Positions 57,101 to 64,000 of a stretch of 64,000 nucleotides of DNA are shown in pieces. The DNA lies in assembly GCF_902652985.1 (NCBI RefSeq), contig NC_047019.1:6200001-6264000 (forward strand), given 5' to 3'. The position numbers and the translations under genes are program-made. Below the pieces are notes generated by a model that saw only the letters and a list, made by a program, of their open reading frames with translations, searched no databases and was not told the DNA's origin. This stretch comes from Pecten maximus (Eukaryota). Within the stretch, counting starts at the first letter, position 1. Every line of letters begins with the position of its first letter.

Positions 57101-60100
57101 GCTGTTACCTAACGCCCACACAGCATAAATATAGATTATGTCCAGTTTTTTTAAGAAACAAGTGAAGGTTAAAAAATATATATCAAATTGCATAAACATG
57201 TTAGATGAAAATTCAAAAGGGAAAAATTGTTCACTGGGTGTTAACCAGTACAAAAGGTTTTCTACTGAATCAATAACAATAACCAGTTGTTCGTAACAAA
57301 ACATGCAAGAACAGTTTAATTTGTATACATGTAGCTACAAATTTGGTGTATCAGGGGCTACTCACTCCATTCCAAAACAATTAAACTTTTATAATAGGAC
57401 AATTATTTTTTTAAGAATCTAGACCCTGAAGTTTCCCAGAGTAGCTACATGAGCAAGACTGCGAAGGCACAAGAGAGACTTTGGAAAATTCCTGAGAAGC
57501 TTCTAAACTCTGCGAGCGACCGTGGAGAACCTAAATGCGAAATAGAATATACAATACACAGCTAGACCTTAGTGATATGAAAGATTCTGAATATGTTAGC
57601 TGGACTTTCAAAGATATGACAGAAGCCAAAATATGTTAGCTAGACCCTTCAGGATATGACTGAAGTTGAATAAGCTGGACCCTTAAGGATATGAGAGAAG
57701 AATTAAGCAGAATATGTTAGCAAGAACCCCAAGGATATGAAAGAAGCATTAAGCAGAATATGTTAGTTAGACACTCAACAATATGACAGAAGCCGAATAT
57801 GTTAGCTGGACCCTTAAGGATAGAGAGAAACTAATTCTGCTAGCTAGACAGTTCAGGATATGACACAAGCCCAATACGTTAGCAAGACACTCAAAGATAT
57901 GAGAGAAGCCAAATACGTTAGCAAGACACTCAAGGATATGAGAGAATCTGAATTTGTTAGCTAGACCCTTCAGAATACGACAGAAGCTGAATATGTTAGC
58001 TGGACCCTTAAGGATATGAGAAAAGCATTAAGCAGAACATGTTAGCTAGAACCTCAACAATATGAGAGAAGCCAAATATGTTAGTTACACCCTTAAGGAT
58101 ATGACAAAAGCAGAATATGTTAGCAAGACAATCAAGGATGTGAGAGAAGCCGAATTTGTAAGATGGACACTTAAGAATATGAGAGAAGCAGAACATGTTA
58201 GCAAGACCCTCAAGAATATGAAAGAATCTGAATTTGTTAGCTAGAGAGAAGCTAAAAAATATGCAAAAGAATACTCCATTATTATAAGATTTAGCATAGA
58301 ATTCCCCAATAATTAAATGCCAGAAAAGAATAAATATATTTCAATATAGAGTCAGAGCTGTTGCATATCACTTGAGCAGGTGATGGTTCATTGAGAGCCA
58401 AGTTAATGCTGACCACAACTGTTACCAGATAATCTTTTCTCTATTAAAACATGTTCGTGCCAGATGTGCCCGGATCATGATATCTGAAAACCAGTGTGAC
58501 ACAAGGCCGGATTTGTATACAATTTTAACACCCAGTGAAAGTCATTGATAATCAAAAAATTTGTGATGTAGAGATTGTTAGTACAGCTACAGTCAACTAT
58601 ATATATATGTGTTCTGATATTGAATCTGACGGGAGTTAAGTCCAAAAACATCATTTTCAAATTTTTTTGACAAGTTCCATTACTATGAGTGGATTTCAGC
58701 AATGTGGGCCGGTCCCACAGGATAAGCATGTGTCTATGATTTCTGTTATATCTGTGTGAAAAATCACTGTTGGTATATCAAATTAAAGTCCAATAAACCG
58801 AATAGCGCAGATCAACACATCAGAGGACGCAATATTTGATTAAAACAAGTCCATTATGGCATAGCGTTACCAATGTCTTCCAAGCGAAGTGCATATCATT
58901 TGTTTAATCATGAATCTAATTACAGTTGATGAAAATATAACAAATGATGATAAAAAAATTCCTTTTCAGGTGGAGAGTCTGTAATAAAAAGATGTTAACT
59001 AATAACAACTTATAGATATATCTTCTGATACGGAGTCGGTAGCTAAATTCTACCGACATCTATCACCATCTCAGTAAAATATCTGCATGGTCATACAGAT
59101 TGTTCCAGGATATCTTCGACACCCTTACCACAAACTTGTATCAGTATTATAAACGCCGGCCAAATAGAAATTAATGAAATGCTTAATAAAAAAATTTGTA
59201 AGTGACAACATTTGAAGAAACGATATGTTTGGTATACTCACTTTCCAGGGGAGAAGGGACTAGGTTCATGGATGATAAGGCTGGGTACAGGAAGTTAATT
59301 GTTAAAGCAGGTATGATGGTATAGCTCATACAGGCATGATTTTCAGTACAGATTCAAACGAGCCTTTCATTCAAATCCATATAAAATATTCCGATTACAA
59401 ATATACTCATTGCATAGAAATTTACTTTTTTTCTAAAAACCATGTACTCAACCTTTAAGAGTTATTTTTTTAAAGAAACAGCATTAATCCGCACTTAATG
59501 TTTCATTAAAGTGCTTTCTGGAAATTAAATTAAATGAACACATGTTGCCTACTGAGATTTACTTTAGCTTTATCTATACAAAGCATGTTTGAATTCTACT
59601 TTTAAGGAGATAGCTAGCTCTGCTAAAAGCATTGATTTCAACAAAAACAATGTTTTCCTTATTCTCCAGAAATAAAACTGGAAAGATTTCAGGGAGATTT
59701 AATAGTAGCTGATAGAAATAATCAATTCCCTTTTAATGTATCAAAGAGAAAAAAATCGAACTGTTTGAATCTTGTACTGAAAGCAACGTTAATGGAAATT
59801 ACAAGCAACCGAATAAAATGTCAAGACATTACCTCCTTATGCTGTGATAAGAAGACAAAATCCTCAAAAAACTACTCCTGAGGAAAAAGGCAAATTAGCA
59901 TCAAAATTTTTATTCAACAAAATAAATTCCATCTATGGGTAAACAAAAGACATCTCATCTGGCAAAAGGTGATTTCCTATTTTAATAATTAATCATTAAG
60001 AAATCTCACCCTTTATTGTAAATTATCAACAAAAAAAAAGTCATTGTTATTTATAAACATTGTTTTGCATTAAAATCATAATCTAAAACTTTAAAATTCA

Positions 60101-61379
60101 AATAATTGAACTTCATGAAGAACTTATAGACACAAGAAGATGTAGGATGTTCATAGAAATTTTTGCCAGGCAAGATAATTTAAAATATAAATAAAAACGT
60201 AACGTATAAAACTGCACTGAAAATTACTAACATGTAAACAAATGAATCGTGACACTGCAGTATCATGCTAGCACTTGCTGAGCCCCAAGGGAAGATCAAG
60301 TAACGAGTCGGGTCTATGAAAGGAGATGTTTATCATGTATGCATGCCAAAATGCAATCCTACGTTAGCGCGCTTCACCAAGAGAAAGATCACATGCTCGA
60401 ACTGCTACACCAATTACCACTACCCAAACCTTAGACGGCAACAGTCGGGACAAATAATAATCGGGAAGCAGCCAAAACAACTGCGGGATTAATTCTATGT
60501 ACACAACTACTACCAATACAACACAAAAATATATCTATAGTCAATTTTCTCAGGAAAATGTTTCTAAAAATGTGGATTTCTTTATAAGTATAATTGCGAT
60601 AATGAAAATTCTACATCAGCCATTTGACAGGCAGTTGTTTTGGCTTCCGTATGTGTAAACATATAGGATCATACTCAAGTTTGGTCGGATGTTCAACAAT
60701 ATTGACTTTGAAAAATTACGTCTCATTTTGAAAAGTCAGTATTGACTTTTTAAAATGAGACGTAATTTTTCAAAGTGATGTATACCGTCACTGGAAAGGT
60801 CATATGTACGTTTTATTCTGACAAGGAACCTTGATCCTTTAGAATAAATCTGCTATCTATAATACTGATCATTTCATTTGGACAAGGAACTTCACTCCTT
60901 TGGAATAAATTTGCTATCTACAATCCTGATCACTTGAAGAATTCAGATTCAACAATATCCTGATCAAGTTGACCTCTATTTCAAGGACAAACGCAAAGTA
61001 AACCAAATGATAACACCACGTCAATGAATCTAACTGCAAAACTATGCTTTTTATTAAATGAATGATCAAATTGCTAATGTTTTGAAGGAGTTTTATCAGA
61101 AGCTCTGACACAACTGCCCTGCATCACCATAAAAACCCCAGTCAAACAGTAGATGAAAATATTCATATATATATGATACATGCACTTGACAAATAGGAAA
61201 AAATACTTACCGATGTCTCCAATTTCTTCGTCCACTATTACGCTTATTTCTATGGGACTTTTCCTTCATGCTTTCCTGGTAGCGTTTCATCTTGACCCAT
61301 TTCCTGCCCGCTATGTCATACGTACACCAGAGGGACACGAACACCGTCAGCATAATCACCCAATTACACACGATTAGCC
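19858..61379 (-). CDS. DAGLA: Diacylglycerol lipase alpha-like gene, 5'-partial; 14 exons in window: join(61379-61211,51034-50950,50057-49923,43495-43293,41897-41750,36403-36320,27401-27324,27039-26959,25811-25669,25109-25041,24132-24060,23172-22976,22441-22306,21102-19858)
   Basis: Manual splicing gives one open frame (2846 nt) with all introns GT-AG and matching phases. It contains DAGL family motifs: TM segment GLIVCNW...[106 protein letters not shown]. The long (~414 aa) C-terminal tail indicates the alpha rather than beta type. Confidence 0.95.
22306..22441 (-). CDS. DAGLA: DAGLA exon with catalytic His ([45 protein letters not shown])
   Basis: tttatag| and |gtagac; F.EV..SP.M..DHMP motif. 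Confidence 0.94.
22976..23172 (-). CDS. DAGLA: DAGLA exon ([11 protein letters not shown]...[20 protein letters not shown]), regulatory-loop region
   Basis: ttttacag| and |gtaagg; PLYPPG.IIH signature. Confidence 0.94.
24060..24132 (-). CDS. DAGLA: DAGLA exon ([24 protein letters not shown])
   Basis: tatttcag| and |gtgagg; phase-compatible. Confidence 0.92.
25041..25109 (-). CDS. DAGLA: DAGLA exon with catalytic Asp ([23 protein letters not shown])
   Basis: attacag| and |gtaagt; D.VPR motif. Confidence 0.95.
25669..25811 (-). CDS. DAGLA: DAGLA exon with catalytic Ser ([48 protein letters not shown])
   Basis: ttttacag| and |gtacac; GxSxG nucleophile elbow GHSLG. Confidence 0.96.
26019..26540 (+). 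mobile_element. Second HINE/pearl-like element with ~169-bp unit x2, 3' end truncated
   Basis: gtgaccagttgccatagcaacc at 26185 and 26354; then gacggacggaca microsatellite and gattccagtatacccccc. Confidence 0.72.
26959..27039 (-). CDS. DAGLA: DAGLA exon ([27 protein letters not shown])
   Basis: tttgacag| and |gtaagt; continues the HK-GMV motif. Confidence 0.93.
27324..27401 (-). CDS. DAGLA: DAGLA exon ([26 protein letters not shown]); its 5' end is the terminal unit of the 46-bp array
   Basis: tatttacag| and |gttggt; D.LTDL ... GHK motifs; 78 nt, phase 0-0. Confidence 0.93.
27384..34688. repeat. Minisatellite, 46-bp unit, about 159 copies, derived from the DAGLA intron/exon junction
   Basis: Unit cagatctgtcagtacatcctgtaaatacacagactacatctacaca; its reverse complement is 28 nt of intron end plus 18 nt of exon start. 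Confidence 0.98.
36320..36403 (-). CDS. DAGLA: DAGLA exon ([28 protein letters not shown])
   Basis: ctttcag| and |gtaaga; RGT oxyanion motif of Lipase_3. Confidence 0.95.
37625..37668 (-). mobile_element. SINE 3'-tail fragment
   Basis: gcttaacatcctcgcaacagccagggtcatttgaggac matches the family A tail. Confidence 0.55.
38388..40640. repeat. Minisatellite, 32-bp unit, about 70 copies (intronic)
   Basis: Unit caactgtaacactgtgagacNcgaaacactcc. Confidence 0.98.
40684..40923 (+). mobile_element. tRNA-derived SINE family B (V-like core, different tail)
   Basis: A box TGGCACAGTGG, B box GGTTCGTTTCC; shares tttccttccacagcaagacccct...atccgggccaacaa...ttcgcaatggttg with 11128-11292. Confidence 0.8.
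41750..41897 (-). CDS. DAGLA: DAGLA exon (CCCCHACG...DDNCCHCN...IAYVTYHVE), cysteine-rich insert
   Basis: ccctag| and |gtaaat; DNCC.CN motif. Confidence 0.92.
43024..43234. mobile_element. Degenerate Tc1/mariner-type MITE
   Basis: ta|ctgtaaa ... tttacag|ta with internal ttagcga/tcgctaa inverted repeats. Confidence 0.55.
43293..43495 (-). CDS. DAGLA: DAGLA exon ([11 protein letters not shown]...[12 protein letters not shown]...LCKMLPSLR)
   Basis: tttttcag| and |gtaaat; AAYGWP motif. Confidence 0.95.
44720..48905. repeat. Minisatellite, ~38-bp unit, about 110 copies, two sub-arrays (intronic)
   Basis: gtggtctccaaaacaccaatcattgccagg(g/a)catgttt up to ~47880, then gtggtctccaaaacaccaataaatactagggcatgttt. 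Confidence 0.98.
49923..50057 (-). CDS. DAGLA: DAGLA exon ([45 protein letters not shown])
   Basis: tttctttcag| and |gtgagt; conserved DLDVVPSD motif. Confidence 0.95.
50950..51034 (-). CDS. DAGLA: DAGLA exon ([28 protein letters not shown])
   Basis: ttgaag| and |gtaagg; phase-compatible with neighbours; W.RR...LCCC motif. Confidence 0.9.
54150..54316 (-). mobile_element. Degenerate SINE fragment with family-A-type tail
   Basis: aaaacgtcctat...taacagctaaggtcat matches the reverse complement of the shared tail. Confidence 0.5.
54660..55426 (+). mobile_element. Non-autonomous Helentron/HINE-like (pearl/DINE-type) element with internal ~156-bp satellite x3
   Basis: 5' acaagaggcccatggggcc hairpin and subterminal gctcacctgg; three 156-157-bp tandem units; (GGAC/GACG)n microsatellite; 3' hairpin gctcaccggaccttcggtccaggtgagc. 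Confidence 0.82.
57560..58245. repeat. Degenerate minisatellite, ~42-bp unit
   Basis: Recurrent gaatatgttagc..gacccttaaggatatgagagaagc. Confidence 0.85.
59242..59280 (-). CDS. Candidate 39-nt alternative cassette exon of DAGLA ([13 protein letters not shown])
   Basis: ttaacttcctgtacccag| acceptor and perfect |gtgagt donor; 39 nt, no stop in the required phase 2. Confidence 0.5.
59833..59841 (-). CDS. Candidate 9-nt microexon of DAGLA (adds IRR or IRS)
   Basis: ttttgtcttcttatcacag|CATAAGGAG|gtaatg; frame-preserving in phase 2. Confidence 0.3.
60705..60776. repeat. Near-perfect 72-bp palindrome (34-bp arms, 1 mismatch, 4-nt loop)
   Basis: actttgaaaaattacgtctcattttgaaaagtca-gtat-tgactttttaaaatgagacgtaatttttcaaagt. 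Confidence 0.92.
61211..61379 (-). CDS. DAGLA: DAGLA exon ([57 protein letters not shown]), last TM helix
   Basis: gttgtag| acceptor and |gtaagt donor; hydrophobic helix followed by D..GR as in DAGL TM4. Confidence 0.9.
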
Positions 61380-61546
61380 CTACAACATGACACAAGGTAT
61401 ACTGTCAACCGTGAACCATGATTGTCATTAGTGTTAATTGTGCATGCAAATCTATGTCATATTAAGTTACATTATTAAGCCTTGTAATAGTTAAAATGTT
61501 TAAAATCTGAGAACTTCAATAGCAACCATGAGATCTGAAATGTTTA

Positions 61547-61640
61547 CAACTTTGCATCAGATCGGCAACAGAAGATCACAACTTTGCATCAGATCGGCAA
61601 CAGAAAATCACAAATTTGCATCAGATCGGCAACAGAAAAT
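61547..61640. repeat. Short tandem repeat, 32 bp x3
   Basis: caactttgcatcagatcggcaacagaagatca. Confidence 0.85.
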
Positions 61641-61789
61641 CCTTACATGTACTAATCTGATGCGGTTTTTAATAATCTGGACAAACTATTACAACATTTC
61701 GAGATCCCTAACCCCAGCCTCACCTCCACAAAACTTAAACTACATGCAGTATTAAATGAGTGCCTTGATTGATATATTACTAATGGGGT

Positions 61790-61999
61790 TTTGATTTATT
61801 TTATTTAAAGTCCTTTTAACAGCCAGGGTCATTTAAGGACGTGCCAGGTTTTGGAGGTGGAGGAAAGCCAGAGTACCCACAGAAAAACCATCGGCCTATG
61901 GTCAGTAACAGGAAACTGACCCACATGGGTTTTGAACTTGCAACCTAAAGGTGGAGGGCTAGTGATAAAGTGTTGGGACACCTTAACCACTCAGCCAAG
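61790..61999 (-). mobile_element. SINE family A copy (intronic, CpG-decayed)
   Basis: Colinear with 84-301 over about 200 bp. Confidence 0.88.
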
Positions 62000-62479
62000 A
62001 CTGTGATGGGAAAAACAGGATTTAAACTTCAATGACGAAATACTGGGTATAGTACATGTCCCCAACAATTCAATTCTGTACAAGTGTACATTATCTAATC
62101 AAACCATTCCTATCATTAACCAATACGATGGGGACCAATAAAACCCACGTTATTCCCGTCCCAGTGCGAGCTGAGGACAGTAAAACAGAACTGGTGATTT
62201 CTCTCTGCAACAGGAAAGCTTGGCATTTGAAATCCAATTTTATGGGAGATTAATATGTCAGAAAGTTACCTCTTCTTGCATAAGCTTAAGAAACATGCTA
62301 TTGATTTTTGTTGTACAATTTCTTATTAACATACACACAAATACTTATTTTTTAAACTTTTTTCCGTCTCTCTTTCTTTTTAAGAAAATCTAACATGCCT
62401 TTGGAGATCGCTACAACCAAATTACTGGAATGACTATGTACAAATGTACAGTACTTCCATACACTTGAATTATCAGAAA

Positions 62480-63115
62480 AATGACATTCGATCTGACCTG
62501 TACTTTGTTGGGATTTCATACATATAAATTTAATGTGATGATCAATTTGACCTGTAGTTTGTGGGGATTTCAGACATATAATTTTTTGTGTGTTCAATCT
62601 GACCTGAACAAGATTTCAAATATATATAAATTTTATGTGACGTATAATTTGACCTGTACTTTGTAGGGATTGCAGTTCTATAAATTTTTGTGATGTTCAA
62701 TCTGACCTGAAGTTTGTGGGGATTGCAGATATATAAATTCTATGTGACGTACAATTTAACCTGTTCTTTGTGGGTATTTCATATATATATACATTTAACT
62801 TGACATTCAATCTGACCTGTACAAGATTTCAAATATATAAAGTTCATGTGACGTACAATTTGACCTGTACTTCGAAGGGATTTCATGCATATACATTTGA
62901 CGTGACATTCATGCAATCTGACCTGTGCTTTGTGGGGATTGCAGATATATAAAATTATGTGGCGTACAATTTGACCTGTACTTTGTGAGGATTTCATATA
63001 TATACATTTAACATGACATTCAATCTGACCGGTACTTTGTGGGGATTTCATAACCTGACCTGTACTTTGTGGAGATTTCAAATATATAAATTTTACTTGA
63101 CATTTAATCCGACGC
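62480..63115. repeat. Degenerate minisatellite, ~45-55-bp unit
   Basis: Recurrent caat(c/t)tgacctgtactttgtggggatttca.atatataaa. Confidence 0.85.
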
Positions 63116-64000
63116 ATAGATCAGATTGATGACTCCCTTAATTTAATGTAACAAATCAATTTGACAGGAGGCCAGTGACTCCATGCTAATGGTGACAATG
63201 ACCTGCTCTATGGATCAAAACATCATTACTCATATATGAAAGTTATATCTACAAGTGCTCAGCCGACTTATATTTCAGACTCATCTCTATGTCCTATCCA
63301 ATCAGACTGATGGTAACCCATGGGTGGAATAAGTGGTTTCCTAGCCAAATCATTTGAACCTTGAGGTCAAGTCTAGTCCTATGCCATGTGACAACTACAA
63401 ACGTAATCAGGTTTCCACGAAAGATCAATAAGGAACTCGATATGAGATATTCCCAAGAGACGGGGAAACTTTGCCGGCATTAACACTTGGCCTATAGAAA
63501 TATGCAGCATAGCCAAAAACTATAAAAGCCATTTAACTGCCTGCAAAGTGAAAAATCCCAAACAGTTTGATCTTCAACAGAGATATAAAACTTGGCAAAT
63601 TAAAACAATAGCAGACAAAAGATTTTATCCCCAGCCATATTCTGCTTATTCCACAGGATATAATACTTTTCATGCTCTTTGTTTCATATCCTTCAAAGTG
63701 CACTGTGAATGTTGTGTATTGGGCTTTATGGGTATAACATCTCTGGTCTAATGAGATCATATGGAAATGCTTTAACACAATGTATATCGCTTCCCCAGCC
63801 AGGAGTACCCATTATCACAAGGCTGACCAGAGAATATGTAGCACCAGTAATCTCGTAATGTCAATAACATATACTTCGTATATATCTATCTGTAAGTTAA
63901 CAGAAGTGCTCTAGTAAGTGCTAATAAAGAAACACGTGGCTATTTCTCAACATTTTTGTTTATACTGAGGAGAGAATTGTTCAAACCACACATTGTAAAG

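Noticed and set aside
60363-60404. Another 39/42-nt AG...GT segment in the large intron
   Set aside because: Contains an in-frame TGA in the required phase and has a weak donor.

Overview
Animal genomic DNA, AT-rich and intron-rich. The repeat content (V-core and Meta-core-like tRNA SINEs, Helentron-like elements carrying internal satellites) suggests a bivalve mollusc, which is an inference. A 500-N gap (18551-19050) splits the window. The left part has no recognisable protein-coding gene, only SINEs, MITEs and minisatellites. The right part holds the 3' portion of a diacylglycerol lipase alpha-like gene (DAGLA/inaE family, 2-AG endocannabinoid synthesis) on the minus strand. I reconstructed 14 GT-AG exons by hand with consistent phases (about 947 aa in the window, with GHSLG Ser, GKDVVPR Asp and DHMP His, ending in ETDV); the 5' exons lie beyond the window. 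Three introns carry large minisatellite arrays (46, 32 and 38 bp units), which account for all the long ORFs other than the DAGLA terminal exon. The most striking feature is the 7.3-kb 46-bp array, a roughly 159-fold tandem amplification of the gene's own intron/exon junction. Each unit has the 3' splice site plus the first six codons of the exon, so about 158 decoy acceptors lie upstream of the one productive acceptor, and the apparent original branch point is now 7.3 kb away. Other points of interest are two candidate frame-preserving small exons (39 nt and 9 nt), a C-terminal PDZ ligand, modular SINE families and a CpG-decay signature of gene-body methylation.
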